Assembly: GCA_041661605.1 (NCBI GenBank)
Contig: JBAZUE010000001.1
Location: 223,467-287,466 of the forward strand
DNA length: 64,000 nt
Direction of reading: 5' to 3'
Source: Candidatus Omnitrophota bacterium
GTDB lineage: Bacteria; Omnitrophota; Gorgyraeia; Gygaellales; Profunditerraquicolaceae
Part shown: one piece after another, positions 40,637-50,672 of the stretch
Numbering within the stretch: the stretch's first letter is position 1
How the letters are laid out: each line of letters opens with the position of its first letter
Translations under genes and position numbers: made by a program
The notes under the pieces: model-generated
What the model was told of the DNA's origin: nothing
The model's input: only the letters and a program-made list of their open reading frames with translations
The model's database searches: none

Positions 40637-40996
40637 ATGAGAAAAAAAGAAGAGTTACGGTTAAAGCGTCATAAAAGAATTAAAATGAAGATGTCGGGTA
40701 CACCTGAAAAGCCCCGTTTGGTTGTACACCGCTCTTTAAAGAATATCTCTGCCCAGGTGTTGGATGATACGACAGCTCATGTGCTCTTTTCTCTTTCCAC
40801 TAAAGATAAGGCACTAAAACAGAAATTTATTTCTGCAGGCAACCTCAAGTCATCCGCGCTTTTTGGAGAAATCTTTGCTAAGGCAGCGAAAGAAAAGGGG
40901 CTCAGTAAAGTAATTTTTGATCGGGCGGGTTATCTTTACCATGGCAGGATTAAATCTTTTGCCGAGGCATTAAGAAAAGGTGGAATGGAGTTTTAA
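40637..40996 (+). CDS. rplR: 50S ribosomal protein L18
   Basis: RHKRIKMKMSGTPEKPRLVVHRSLKNISAQV...FDRAGYLYHGRIKSFAEALRKGG. Confidence 0.97.
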   Translation: MRKKEELRLKRHKRIKMKMSGTPEKPRLVVHRSLKNISAQVLDDTTAHVLFSLSTKDKALKQKFISAGNLKSSALFGEIFAKAAKEKGLSKVIFDRAGYLYHGRIKSFAEALRKGGMEF

Positions 40997-40999
40997 ATT

Positions 41000-41452
41000 A
41001 TGCGAGAATTAAATATTGCACAACAGTCAGATTTAGTCGAGAAAGTAATCAGTATAAACCGGGTTACCAAAGTAACTAAGGGCGGCAAAAAACTGCATTT
41101 TAGCGCCTTAGTGGTTGTGGGAGATGGCAAGGGGAGGGTGGGTTTTGCTCTCGATAAAGCCAATGAAGTTGCCGAGGCTATCCGTAAGTCTTTGACTAAA
41201 GCCAAGAAGAGCCTTTTTAAAATCCCCATGGAAGGGGCAACTATCCCTCATGAGATAGTCGGAAAATATGGAGCGGCAAGTGTCATGCTTAAGCCGGCCT
41301 CTGAAGGTACAGGGGTTATCGCTGCCGGAGCGGTTCGCGCGATTTGCGAAGCTGCCGGGATAAAAGATATCCTTACTAAATGTTTAAAATCTAATAATCC
41401 AATTAATGTAATCAAGGCTACGATGCAGGGGTTAAGGAGCCTTAAAGAATAA
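41000..41452 (+). CDS. rpsE: 30S ribosomal protein S5
   Basis: [34 protein letters not shown]. Confidence 0.97.
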   Translation: MRELNIAQQSDLVEKVISINRVTKVTKGGKKLHFSALVVVGDGKGRVGFALDKANEVAEAIRKSLTKAKKSLFKIPMEGATIPHEIVGKYGAASVMLKPASEGTGVIAAGAVRAICEAAGIKDILTKCLKSNNPINVIKATMQGLRSLKE

Positions 41453-41460
41453 ATAATAAA

Positions 41461-42018
41461 ATGAAAGAGAAAAAATCTAAGAACGAACAGACAGTCAAGA
41501 AGCCGGCACCAAGAAGAGTCGTGGTTAAAAAACAGGTTTTAGAGAATCCAGGGGAGAAGCCAGCGTTAAATTTAGTTGCTTTACACAACTTGAAACGTCC
41601 TTTTGGCTCGCATAAAAAAAGAAAGCTCTTGGGGCGTGGATCCGGCTCCGGACATGGTAAAACCTCCACCCGCGGCAGCAAGGGGCAGACTTCGCGCGCA
41701 GGAAGACATTTCTATTTGGGCTTTGAAGGCGGGCAGTCTCCGCTTATACGTAAGATGCCTAAGCGCGGGTTTGTGAGCAATTTCAAGAAAACTTATCAGA
41801 TTGTTAATCTTGGAGATTTAAGTAAAATAAAAGAAGCCATAGTTACACCGCAGCTCTTAAGGGATAATGGTTTAATCCGTGATGAGCAAGCTTTAATTAA
41901 AATATTGGGGAACGGCGGTATCAAGAATCCTGTAACCGTACAAGCACATGCGTTTTCTAAGCGGGCTTCTGCCGAGATCATCGCTGCCGGTGGAAAAGCG
42001 GAAATAATAAATGTTTAA
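41461..42018 (+). CDS. rplO: 50S ribosomal protein L15 (with a basic N-terminal extension of about 38 aa)
   Basis: The canonical core starts near [36 protein letters not shown]. It is preceded by [25 protein letters not shown]... The start codon is not verified. Confidence 0.93.
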   Translation: MKEKKSKNEQTVKKPAPRRVVVKKQVLENPGEKPALNLVALHNLKRPFGSHKKRKLLGRGSGSGHGKTSTRGSKGQTSRAGRHFYLGFEGGQSPLIRKMPKRGFVSNFKKTYQIVNLGDLSKIKEAIVTPQLLRDNGLIRDEQALIKILGNGGIKNPVTVQAHAFSKRASAEIIAAGGKAEIINV

Positions 42019-43357
42019 CGCGCTAGTTAATGCGTTCAAGATTCCTGATCTGAAAAAGCGTCTGATCATTACCGGGGCCCTTATCGCGATTTACCGCGTA
42101 GGTTGTTATATCCCAACTCCTGGTATTGACGGGGCGGCTCTGGCGGATTTCTTTAACCGCATTGCTAAGACACAGGGTGGCACGCTCTTTGGCATAATTA
42201 ATATGTTTTCTGGAGGCGCTATGGAGCGGCTGACTATATTTGCCCTGGGGATAATGCCCTATATTTCATCTTCTATTATTCTGCAATTGCTTACCGCGGT
42301 TATCCCCGCTCTTGAGAAAATGGCTAAAGAGGGTAAAAGCGGATACGAAAAGATTAACCAATTTACCCGTTACGGGACTGTTTTTCTTTCGGTTGTGCAG
42401 TCATATTTTATTGCTTTATGGCTGGAAAACCCGGCACGTTTTGAAGGGCTTCAGATTGTTATGCATCCGGGTTGGGGTTTTCGAATACTTACGGTTTTGA
42501 CTCTTACTACCGGCACGATCTTTATCATGTGGCTGGGGGAGCAGATCCAGGAACGCGGTATCGGAAATGGAATATCACTGGTTATCACCGCGGGTATAAT
42601 TTCAAGGATTCCTACCGCGCTTAATCAGTTGTTTGTTTTAATTTCGCCTTTTGCAGCCAGCCGCAGGCAGATTCAGCCGGTTACCTTGTTAGTTATGGGT
42701 TTATTGCTTGTAGGAGTGGTGTTTGCGGTAATCATGATTACACAGGGCGTAAGAAAGATTCCCGTGCAATACGCCCGGCGTATCGTGGGCCGCAAGATTT
42801 ACGGAGGGCAGAGCACATATATACCACTTAAGGTTGATACCTCCGGAGTTATTGCTATTATATTCGCGCAGTCAATCATACTTTTTCCGGCAACTTTGGC
42901 TTCTTTTATTCCGAATCCCGGGTTTCAGCGCCTGGCTCAGGGATTAATCCGCGGGCAGGTGTTATATTCAGTAGTTTACGCTCTTTTGATAATCTTTTTC
43001 TGTTATTTTTATACCGCTATCGTATTTAATCCCAATGACCTGTCTGAGAATATGAAAAAATACGGAGGTTTTATACCGGGGATACGGCCGGGAAAACCTA
43101 CTGCGGAATTCCTTGATTATGTAATGACTAGGATTACTTTAGCCGGTGCAAGTTTTATCGCGGTAATCGCGATTTTGCCGGATTTTATTATGGCTTGGCT
43201 TAAAGTTCCGTACCTGGTAGCATCATTTTTTGGCGGCACAGGTATTTTAATTATTGTCGGGGTTATGTTGGATACTTTAAAACAGATTGAATCGCACCTC
43301 TTGACGCATCATTATGAAGGTTTTATAAAAAGCGGCCATATTAAAGGGAGAAGGTAA
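42011..43357 (+). CDS. secY: Preprotein translocase subunit SecY
   Basis: 448 aa, 10-TM profile. LGIMPYISSSIILQLL, GEQIQERGIGNGISL. Confidence 0.97.
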   Translation: MFNALVNAFKIPDLKKRLIITGALIAIYRVGCYIPTPGIDGAALADFFNRIAKTQGGTLFGIINMFSGGAMERLTIFALGIMPYISSSIILQLLTAVIPALEKMAKEGKSGYEKINQFTRYGTVFLSVVQSYFIALWLENPARFEGLQIVMHPGWGFRILTVLTLTTGTIFIMWLGEQIQERGIGNGISLVITAGIISRIPTALNQLFVLISPFAASRRQIQPVTLLVMGLLLVGVVFAVIMITQGVRKIPVQYARRIVGRKIYGGQSTYIPLKVDTSGVIAIIFAQSIILFPATLASFIPNPGFQRLAQGLIRGQVLYSVVYALLIIFFCYFYTAIVFNPNDLSENMKKYGGFIPGIRPGKPTAEFLDYVMTRITLAGASFIAVIAILPDFIMAWLKVPYLVASFFGGTGILIIVGVMLDTLKQIESHLLTHHYEGFIKSGHIKGRR

Positions 43358-44007
43358 TGTATCTGGTACTTTTAGGCCCTCCGGGGGCAGGTAAAGGCAC
43401 ACAGGCAAAGAGATTGGCGGAAAGATTAGGCCTGCCGCATATTTCTACCGGAGATATTTTAAGGCAGAATGTTAAGGATGGTTCGATTTTAGGCAAGAAA
43501 GCCAAGGGGATCATGGATAAAGGTTTGCTTGTGCCGGATGATTTAGTAGCTGCAATGCTCGATGAGCGTTTTAATAACCCGGATATTCAAAAGGGTTTTA
43601 TTCTAGACGGATACCCCAGGACATTGGCTCAAGCTAAAACACTGGATGATATTTTAGCCCGCAAGAAGCTTTCGGTAGATTTAGTGGTTTATTTAAATAC
43701 AAGCGACGAGGTGATCATTAAGCGGCTCACCGGCAGGCTGGTTTGTTCTAAGTGCGGAGCGAATTTCCATGCAGTGAATATGCCTCCTAAGATTTCCGGA
43801 TTATGCGATAACTGCCAGGGGTCTCTGTATCAGCGTTCCGACGATAATGAAATTACGGTGCGTAAGCGCCTTGAAGTTTATAAGAATGAAGTCGCTTCTT
43901 TGATAAAATATTACGATCAGCAAAATAAACTGCATAGCTTAAATGCGGATTTAGATGCGCTTGAGGTGTTGAAGCAGGTCATTCTGCTGTGCGCCAAAGT
44001 AAAGTGA
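43357..44007 (+). CDS. adk: Adenylate kinase (zinc-lid form)
   Basis: LLGPPGAGKGTQA. Lid CSKCG...CDNC. Confidence 0.96.
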   Translation: MYLVLLGPPGAGKGTQAKRLAERLGLPHISTGDILRQNVKDGSILGKKAKGIMDKGLLVPDDLVAAMLDERFNNPDIQKGFILDGYPRTLAQAKTLDDILARKKLSVDLVVYLNTSDEVIIKRLTGRLVCSKCGANFHAVNMPPKISGLCDNCQGSLYQRSDDNEITVRKRLEVYKNEVASLIKYYDQQNKLHSLNADLDALEVLKQVILLCAKVK

Positions 44008-44747
44008 TCCCTATCAAGTCGGAAAAAGATCTGCTGATGTTAAAGCGCTCCGGACAGATTTTATCATCTGTTATGCGCAAAGTGCAGAAAAACCTGCGTC
44101 CAGGAATTACTACGCTGGATATTGACCGCCTTAGCGAGGAACTGATTCTTAAAGAAAATGCCTTGGCGGCTTTTAAGGGGTATAAGGGGTTTCCGGCAAC
44201 CGCTTGCGTTTCCGTAAATGAAGAGATCGTGCATGGGATCCCGGAACCAAGAGTAATTTTAGAAGGGGATATCGTAAGCATAGATTTAGGCGTAAACTAT
44301 CAGGGTTATTTCTCGGATATGGCGATTACTTTGCCGGTGGGCAAGGTTGATGAAACCAAGAGAAAACTGATTGAGGTTACCAGAAAAGCCCTGGATATAG
44401 GAATCAAGCAGGCCCGCTCAGGTAATTATTTAAGCGATATTTCTCATAGCATCCAGAGTTTTGTGGAGGGGTACGGGTTTTCAGTAGTAAGGCAATTTGT
44501 GGGCCATGGCATAGGAACTGCCCTGCATGAAGAACCGGAGATCCCGAATTTTGGAGAAGCGCATTTAGGGCCGTTATTAAAAAGCGGGATGGTTTTAGCT
44601 ATTGAGCCGATGGTTAATATCGGCAGTTGGGAATGCCTTATTGCCCGCAATGGCTGGACGGCGATAACTAAAGACGGCCTGGCTTCAGCGCATTTTGAAC
44701 ATACGGTAGCAGTCACTGACAAAGGACCGGTTATATTAACGGAGTGA
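43989..44747 (+). CDS. map: Methionine aminopeptidase, type I
   Basis: [39 protein letters not shown] and FEHTV metal-ligand motifs. GTG 44004 (a GTGA overlap with the adk stop) is an equally good start. Confidence 0.94.
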   Translation: MRQSKVIPIKSEKDLLMLKRSGQILSSVMRKVQKNLRPGITTLDIDRLSEELILKENALAAFKGYKGFPATACVSVNEEIVHGIPEPRVILEGDIVSIDLGVNYQGYFSDMAITLPVGKVDETKRKLIEVTRKALDIGIKQARSGNYLSDISHSIQSFVEGYGFSVVRQFVGHGIGTALHEEPEIPNFGEAHLGPLLKSGMVLAIEPMVNIGSWECLIARNGWTAITKDGLASAHFEHTVAVTDKGPVILTE

Positions 44748-44748
44748 G

Positions 44749-44967
44749 ATGGCCAAAGAAGAACTGATTGAAACAGAAGGCAAGATAATCGAGGCATTGC
44801 CTAATGCTATGTTTAAAGTTGAGTTGGAGAATGGGCATGTGGTTTTGGCGCATGTTTCAGGTAAGATGCGCATGAATTTTATCAGGATCCTGCCGGGCGA
44901 CAAAGTCAAATTAGAACTTTCTCCTTATGATCTAAGCCGGGGGAGAATTACTTTTAGGGTGAGATAA
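44749..44967 (+). CDS. infA: Translation initiation factor IF-1
   Basis: [41 protein letters not shown]. Confidence 0.98.
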   Translation: MAKEELIETEGKIIEALPNAMFKVELENGHVVLAHVSGKMRMNFIRILPGDKVKLELSPYDLSRGRITFRVR

Positions 44968-44969
44968 CA

Positions 44970-45083
44970 ATGAAAGTCAAAGCGTCGGTTCGTAAGATTT
45001 GCGATAAGTGTAAAATAATCAAAAGAAGAGGAGTAGTCCGGGTGATCTGCGCTACTACTAAACACAAACAAAGACAGGGTTAA
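44970..45083 (+). CDS. rpmJ: 50S ribosomal protein L36 (zinc form)
   Basis: Translated by hand as [37 protein letters not shown]. It is below the ORF-track cutoff. Confidence 0.95.
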   Translation: MKVKASVRKICDKCKIIKRRGVVRVICATTKHKQRQG

Positions 45084-45116
45084 TTTTCTCTAACACCCGG
45101 ATTAAAAGGAGCTAAT

Positions 45117-45527
45117 ATGCCAAGGATTATGGGTATTGATATACCTAAGGAAAAAAGGATTGAAATTGCTCTTACCTATTTTTATGGTATAGGCCGGGCG
45201 CTTTCTAATGTTGTGCTGAAAGAGGCCGGAATTAACCCGGACAAGCGGGCAAAAGATTTAAGTGAAGAAGAGGTTTCTCGCCTCACCGATATTCTTCAAA
45301 AAGGCAGCTTGAGAATCGAAGGTGACCTGCGCCGCGATATATCCCAAAATATAAAGAGGCTTATGGATATTGGTTCATGGAGAGGGATGCGCCATAAGAA
45401 AGGGCTTCCGGTCAGGGGGCAGCGTACGCGCACCAATTCGCGCACTAGAAAAGGGAAGAAGAGAGTTAATCTGGCAGTAGTTAAGAGAGTGGAACCGGCT
45501 AAAACAGCCAAGCCTGCTGGAAAATAA
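45117..45527 (+). CDS. rpsM: 30S ribosomal protein S13
   Basis: [26 protein letters not shown]. Confidence 0.97.
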   Translation: MPRIMGIDIPKEKRIEIALTYFYGIGRALSNVVLKEAGINPDKRAKDLSEEEVSRLTDILQKGSLRIEGDLRRDISQNIKRLMDIGSWRGMRHKKGLPVRGQRTRTNSRTRKGKKRVNLAVVKRVEPAKTAKPAGK

Positions 45528-45542
45528 AGGAGTAAACAGAAT

Positions 45543-45932
45543 ATGGCAACAAAAGAGAAGGCAAAAAAGAAAAAGATTGCTAAAGGGATAACCAGCGGAG
45601 TTGCGCATATCCAGGCAAGTTTTAATAATACAATTATCAGTATAACCGATAAGCAGGGCAATGTTATAGCTTGGAGCGCTCCGGGAAATGTCGGTTATAG
45701 CGGCTCTAAGAAATCTACCCCTTTTGCCGCTCAGGTGGCTGCAACCGATGCTGCCAGGAAGGCTAAAGAGGTAGGGCTTAAAGAAGTTGAAGTTTATGTA
45801 AAGGGGCCGGGTTTTGGCAGAGAATCAGCAATCCGCGCACTTCAGGCGGCAGGTTTGGTGGTAACTTTAATTAAGGATGTAACTCCTATTCCTCATAATG
45901 GTTGCCGTCCTAAGAAGAAAAGGAGAGTTTAA
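45543..45932 (+). CDS. rpsK: 30S ribosomal protein S11
   Basis: [18 protein letters not shown]...[12 protein letters not shown]. Confidence 0.98.
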   Translation: MATKEKAKKKKIAKGITSGVAHIQASFNNTIISITDKQGNVIAWSAPGNVGYSGSKKSTPFAAQVAATDAARKAKEVGLKEVEVYVKGPGFGRESAIRALQAAGLVVTLIKDVTPIPHNGCRPKKKRRV

Positions 45933-45935
45933 TTT

Positions 45936-46565
45936 ATGGGTCGCTATACTGGTGCAGTTTGCAGATTATGTCGCAGGCATGGTGAAAAGTTGTTTTTAAA
46001 AGGGACTAAATGTCAGACTGAGAAATGCGCGGTTAATAAAAGGGCATATCCGCCTGGTCAGCATGGAGAGGGTAAGAGAAAAAAGCTTTCCAACTATGGC
46101 GTGCAGCTGAAAGAAAAACAAAAAGTAAAGAGAATTTACGGTGTATTGGAAAGACAGTTTCGTAAATATTTTGAGGTTGCTTCCAAGACTAAAGGCGTAA
46201 CCGGTAAGGTGCTTTTGCAGCTGCTGGAGCGTAGGCTGGATAATGTGGTTTTTCGTATGGGGCTGGGTATTTCACGTTCCCAGAGCCGTCAAATTGTCAG
46301 GCATAATCTGATCGCAGTTAATTCCCGCAGAGTCAATATCCCGTCATATCTAGTGCATAAAGATGATGTGGTTGAGATTAAATGCAAAGATAAGCCAAAA
46401 ATTAAGATCAAGGATAACTTAGAGCTTTCCAAGGATAGGACTGTTCCCAGCTGGCTTGAGTTTTCAGCAGCAGAAATGAAGGGTAAGGTCTTGAGGCTTC
46501 CGGAAAAGACGGATATCCAACAACCAATTCAGGAACAATTAATCGTCGAGTTGTATTCAAAGTAA
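45936..46565 (+). CDS. rpsD: 30S ribosomal protein S4
   Basis: MGRYTGAVCRLCRRHGEKLFLKG.KC...S4 domain. Confidence 0.97.
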   Translation: MGRYTGAVCRLCRRHGEKLFLKGTKCQTEKCAVNKRAYPPGQHGEGKRKKLSNYGVQLKEKQKVKRIYGVLERQFRKYFEVASKTKGVTGKVLLQLLERRLDNVVFRMGLGISRSQSRQIVRHNLIAVNSRRVNIPSYLVHKDDVVEIKCKDKPKIKIKDNLELSKDRTVPSWLEFSAAEMKGKVLRLPEKTDIQQPIQEQLIVELYSK

Positions 46566-46578
46566 ACGTCTAAGGAGG

Positions 46579-46605
46579 ATCCTGATTCGCTGCGCTCATC
46601 AGGAT
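46579..46605 (+). other. Hairpin ATCCTGAT-TCGCTGCGCTC-ATCAGGAT followed by TTT
   Basis: 8-bp perfect stem. The loop differs from the loop of repeat copy D (TTCGCTGTCGCTC) by a single T indel. Confidence 0.7.
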
Positions 46606-46636
46606 TTTACTGGATAAAAGATAAAGGAGAAAATAA

Positions 46637-47629
46637 ATGGGTATAAAATGGAGAGATTTTCAGTTTCCCAAAAAACTTGAATGCGATGAGTCAACATATA
46701 CGGATACATATGGAAAGTTCATGGCTGCTCCTTTTGAAAGAGGCTATGGTGTAACTCTGGGAAATTCCCTGCGCAGAGTCCTGCTTTCTTCGATAGAAGG
46801 AAGCGCGGTAAGCGCAGTGAAGATTGCCGGGGCATTGCATGAATTTTCCGCTATCCCGGGGATTTTAGAGGACGTCCCCGAGATAATCTTGAATATCAAA
46901 AGCCTGGTAATAAACTCTCATTCCAAAATCCCCAAAACAATTTATTTGAAAGCGGATAAGAAGGGGGAAGTTAAGGCTAAGGATATTGAGGCGGATGAAA
47001 CAATTGAGATAATCAATCCCGAATTGCACATCGCCACTCTTACTAAAGATACAAAACTTAATATCGAAATGGAGGTTTCCCGCGGCAGAGGATATGTCCC
47101 GGCGGAGTTGAAAAAGAAAGAAGACAAAGTGGTCGGCTCTATCCCGGTTGATTCAATATTTACTCCGGTCAAGAAGATCAACTATTTCGTGGAGAATACC
47201 CGTGTAGGCCAGCGGACGGATTATGACAAGTTGATTTTTGAGATTTGGACTAACGGCAGCATCAGCCCAAAGGATGCTTTGCTTTATGCTTCTAATATTT
47301 TGCAGCGGCATTTGGATATCTTTGTAAACTTTGGACAGCTTCCCGAGGATATCGTAGAAGAAGAGCCGGAGATGACCAAGGAGGAAGTAGCTTTGTACGA
47401 GAAATTAAGGCTGCCTATTTCGGAGCTGGAACTTTCAGTGAGAAGCTCTAATTGCCTGAGAGAAGCAGGGATAAAGATTATCGCTGATCTGGTCAGGAAA
47501 AACGAAGAAGAGATGCTTAATTTCAAGAATTTTGGAAAGAAGTCCCTTACTGAGATCCAGGAACTGCTGGCTGGCATGGGAGTAACTTTAGGTATGCAAG
47601 TTGACCTTAAGAAACTAAAGAAGGGTTAA
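46637..47629 (+). CDS. rpoA: DNA-directed RNA polymerase subunit alpha
   Basis: GYGVTLGNSLRRVLLSSIEG. C-terminal domain LELSVRSSNCLREAGIKIIADLV. Confidence 0.98.
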   Translation: MGIKWRDFQFPKKLECDESTYTDTYGKFMAAPFERGYGVTLGNSLRRVLLSSIEGSAVSAVKIAGALHEFSAIPGILEDVPEIILNIKSLVINSHSKIPKTIYLKADKKGEVKAKDIEADETIEIINPELHIATLTKDTKLNIEMEVSRGRGYVPAELKKKEDKVVGSIPVDSIFTPVKKINYFVENTRVGQRTDYDKLIFEIWTNGSISPKDALLYASNILQRHLDIFVNFGQLPEDIVEEEPEMTKEEVALYEKLRLPISELELSVRSSNCLREAGIKIIADLVRKNEEEMLNFKNFGKKSLTEIQELLAGMGVTLGMQVDLKKLKKG

Positions 47630-47634
47630 ATAAA

Positions 47635-48216
47635 ATGAGACATGCGAAAAGGAGATTGCAACTAAACCGTTTTACCAGCTGGCATGAAGCCACAATAAGA
47701 AGCCTGGCAAGGAATATTATTATTTGCCAGAGTATAAAGACTACCCAGGCCAGGGCCAAGGCGAGCCGTCAGGCGATAGAAAAACTTATAACGCTGGCTA
47801 AAGAGAATACACTTTTTGCGCGCAGACAGGCTCAGAAAGTTTTAGGAGAGCATAAACTGGTCAATATTCTTTTTAATGAAATTGGCCCGAGATTTTCGAA
47901 TCGCGGCAGTGGATTTACAAGGATTATCAGCCTGGGCAAGCGCAGAGGGGATGACGCAGAGATGGTAATTTTTGAGCTTACTGAAATAAAGAAAAAAGAA
48001 GTTAAAAAAGCCAAGCCCGCTAAGGAGGCAAAATCTCAGCCAGCTCAAGCCGCAGATGAAACCGTAATAGAAGAAGGATCTCTTGAGAAAGAGACTGTTG
48101 AGGAAAAGAAGCATGAGCCGGCGGTAAAAGAAGGCCCGGCTAAAGATAAAAAACCTCAGAAGAAATTCATCGGAGGCATAAGAAGTATATTCAGAAAGAA
48201 AAGCGATTCTTTGTAA
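47635..48216 (+). CDS. rplQ: 50S ribosomal protein L17 (with a K/E/P-rich C-terminal extension of about 70 aa)
   Basis: MRHAKRRLQLNR...GFTRIISLGKRRGDDAEMVIFEL, followed by the low-complexity tail KKKEVKKAKPAKEAKSQ... Confidence 0.95.
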   Translation: MRHAKRRLQLNRFTSWHEATIRSLARNIIICQSIKTTQARAKASRQAIEKLITLAKENTLFARRQAQKVLGEHKLVNILFNEIGPRFSNRGSGFTRIISLGKRRGDDAEMVIFELTEIKKKEVKKAKPAKEAKSQPAQAADETVIEEGSLEKETVEEKKHEPAVKEGPAKDKKPQKKFIGGIRSIFRKKSDSL

Positions 48217-48232
48217 GTAATGAAAAACTTCT

Positions 48233-49414
48233 ATGAAAATAGATACAAGGCTTGCGGAGCGTTTAAAAAAGATAAATCCTTCTTCCACATTAGCAATAAC
48301 TTCTAAAGCCAAAAAGCTTAAAAGCGAAGGCAAGGACATAGTTACTTTTGCCGCCGGAGAACCGGATTTTGATACCCCTGATTTTATCAAAAACGCTGCC
48401 ATCGAAGCCATAAAATCAGGCTTCACCAAGTATACCCCCACTACAGGCACACCTGAATTAAAAAAGATAATCTCTCAGAAATTCAAGAAAGATAATTCAC
48501 TGGAGTATGCTCCCAATCAGATCATTGTTTCTTGCGGGGCTAAACATAGCATTTATAATACCCTTATGGTACTGTTAAATAAGGCAGATGAGGTACTTAT
48601 ACCCCTGCCTTATTGGGTGAGTTATCCTGAAATGGTCAATCTCTGCGAAGCAACCCCGCGTTTTATTAAAACAAGCGCCGCTAATAATTTCAAAATTACG
48701 GCAACAGATCTTAAGAAACATATCAGTACAAAAACCAAGGTTTTAATCATGAACAGCCCGTCAAATCCAGCCGGTTCGGTTTATAACCGGGCTGAGCTTG
48801 AAGAGATTGCCAAGGTCTGTGTAAGTAAGAACATTTTTGTGGTTAGCGATGAGATCTATGAAAAGATTATTTTTGACGGCGCAAAACATGAATCAATCGC
48901 CAGTTTTAACAAAGATATCTATGATTTGACTATTACAGTAAACGGTTTGTCCAAAAGCCATTCTATGACCGGTTGGCGCATTGGTTATCTTGGGGCTCCC
49001 AGCGATGTGGCTAACGCCATTTCTAACCTTCAGGATCACTCAACCTCTAATCCTAACTCTATAGCTCAGAAGGCAGCGGTGGCCGCGTTAACTGCTCCTG
49101 AAGATTTTACAATGAAATTATGTCAGGAATTTCAAAAGCGAAGAGATTATCTGGCCTCCAGGTTAAAGGGAATTAAGAAAATGAGTTTTACTTTGCCGCA
49201 AGGAGCCTTCTATATGTTTTGCGGTATATCCAAAACAGGACTTGATTCTATGGAATTTGCCAGGCGGCTTCTTGATGAAGAATATGTAAGTGTTATTCCG
49301 GGCTCCAGTTTCGGCAGGGATGACTATATCAGGATAAGTTTTGCCACAAGCATGGATGAGTTGGAAAAAGGAATGGATAGAATAGAAAAATGGCTGGAGA
49401 AGATCAGTGGCTAA
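48233..49414 (+). CDS. Class I pyridoxal-phosphate aminotransferase (aspartate aminotransferase-like)
   Basis: FAAGEPDFDTP, NSPSNPAG and SKSHSMTGWRIGY (PLP lysine) motifs. Confidence 0.88.
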   Translation: MKIDTRLAERLKKINPSSTLAITSKAKKLKSEGKDIVTFAAGEPDFDTPDFIKNAAIEAIKSGFTKYTPTTGTPELKKIISQKFKKDNSLEYAPNQIIVSCGAKHSIYNTLMVLLNKADEVLIPLPYWVSYPEMVNLCEATPRFIKTSAANNFKITATDLKKHISTKTKVLIMNSPSNPAGSVYNRAELEEIAKVCVSKNIFVVSDEIYEKIIFDGAKHESIASFNKDIYDLTITVNGLSKSHSMTGWRIGYLGAPSDVANAISNLQDHSTSNPNSIAQKAAVAALTAPEDFTMKLCQEFQKRRDYLASRLKGIKKMSFTLPQGAFYMFCGISKTGLDSMEFARRLLDEEYVSVIPGSSFGRDDYIRISFATSMDELEKGMDRIEKWLEKISG

Positions 49415-50660
49415 GACGATTGCAGAGAAAATATTAAGTAAGCACGCGGGGAAGGATTTGTCCGCCGGAGATTTTGCTATATGCAAGGTGGATTTTGCTT
49501 TTGGCCAGGATGGCACTTCTTCGATAATAATTGACCGGATCAAAGAATTAGGGGTTAAAGACTTTAAGACCAGATTTTGTATGGTGATTGACCATAGCGC
49601 GCCATCTCCAAGCGAAGGGGTTTCCCGTGTGCATAAGAAGATGCGTGATTTTTCGAAAGCCTTTAAAACAAGAATTTTTGATATTGGCTGCGGTGTTTGC
49701 CATCAGGTTATACCTGAATCAGGAAATGTCTTGCCGGGATACCTGGTTTTAGGCGCCGATTCCCATACTTGTACTTACGGGGCTATAGGAGCATTTTCCA
49801 CGGGAGTAGGTTCTACCGATTTAGCTATAGCTCTTGCTACCGGAAGAAACTGGTTTAAAGTTCCTGCGACTATAAAAATTGTAATCAAGGGGAAGCTTCC
49901 GAAAGGTGTTTTTGCAAAAGACGTAATCTTATATATAATCGGCAGGTTAAAAAGTGACGGGGCAACCTACAAAGCAGTTGAATTTTCCGGCCCGGTGATT
50001 GATAATATGGGAATGGATGGCCGTTTCACAATCGCTAATATGCTGGTTGAGCTTGGGGCAAAAACAGGGTTTATGCCTGTCGATAAAAAAACTCTTGCCT
50101 GGTTGAAACCCAGGGTTGGAAGCAAGAAGCGTATGGAACAAATCACGGCGGATGAAGGGGCTGTTTATGAAAGTGTTCATGAGTTTGATATTTCCAGGCT
50201 CAAGCCCATGGTTTCCATGCCGCATAGCGTGGATAATGTTGCTGAAGCGGCTGATTTGAAGAAAGTAAAGATTCATGAAGCTTTTCTGGGCACTTGTACT
50301 AATGGCCGCATAGATGATTTTAAGGCAGCTGCAAAAGTTTTATATAAGCATAAAATCCATCCTGAGGTTAAAATGATTATTGCCCCGAGTTCGCGTGAGG
50401 TTTATCTGGAGGCTTTAAGGTTGGGGTTAATTGATATATTTATTAAAGCCGGCGCAGTCGTTGTTTCTCCGGGTTGCGGCCCGTGCGTTGGTACGCATAA
50501 CGGGATACCTTCAGACGGGGAAGTGGTTATTTCAACCGCTAACCGGAATTTTAAAGGCAGGATGGGAAATCCTGCGGCTTTTATTTATCTGGGTTCTCCG
50601 GCTACGGTTGCCGCTTCAGCGATTAAAGGCTGCATAAGTGATCCGAGGAGTTACTTCTAA
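49407..50660 (+). CDS. Aconitase-family hydro-lyase large subunit (LeuC/HacA type, 417 aa)
   Basis: IAEKILSKHAG, DHSAPSP, GADSHTCTYGA and GCGPCVG (Fe-S cysteines) motifs, with a GTG start. Substrate (isopropylmalate, homoaconitate or aconitate) is not resolvable by eye. Confidence 0.88.
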   Translation: MAKTIAEKILSKHAGKDLSAGDFAICKVDFAFGQDGTSSIIIDRIKELGVKDFKTRFCMVIDHSAPSPSEGVSRVHKKMRDFSKAFKTRIFDIGCGVCHQVIPESGNVLPGYLVLGADSHTCTYGAIGAFSTGVGSTDLAIALATGRNWFKVPATIKIVIKGKLPKGVFAKDVILYIIGRLKSDGATYKAVEFSGPVIDNMGMDGRFTIANMLVELGAKTGFMPVDKKTLAWLKPRVGSKKRMEQITADEGAVYESVHEFDISRLKPMVSMPHSVDNVAEAADLKKVKIHEAFLGTCTNGRIDDFKAAAKVLYKHKIHPEVKMIIAPSSREVYLEALRLGLIDIFIKAGAVVVSPGCGPCVGTHNGIPSDGEVVISTANRNFKGRMGNPAAFIYLGSPATVAASAIKGCISDPRSYF

Positions 50661-50672
50661 ATAGGGGGTACT

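Noticed and set aside
46571-46578. A perfect Shine-Dalgarno sequence TAAGGAGG with no ORF, 5 nt after the rpsD stop.
   Set aside because: No start codon with a meaningful ORF follows. The sequence merges into the 5' arm of the 46579-46605 hairpin. The genuine rpoA Shine-Dalgarno (AAGGAG) lies at 46624-46629.
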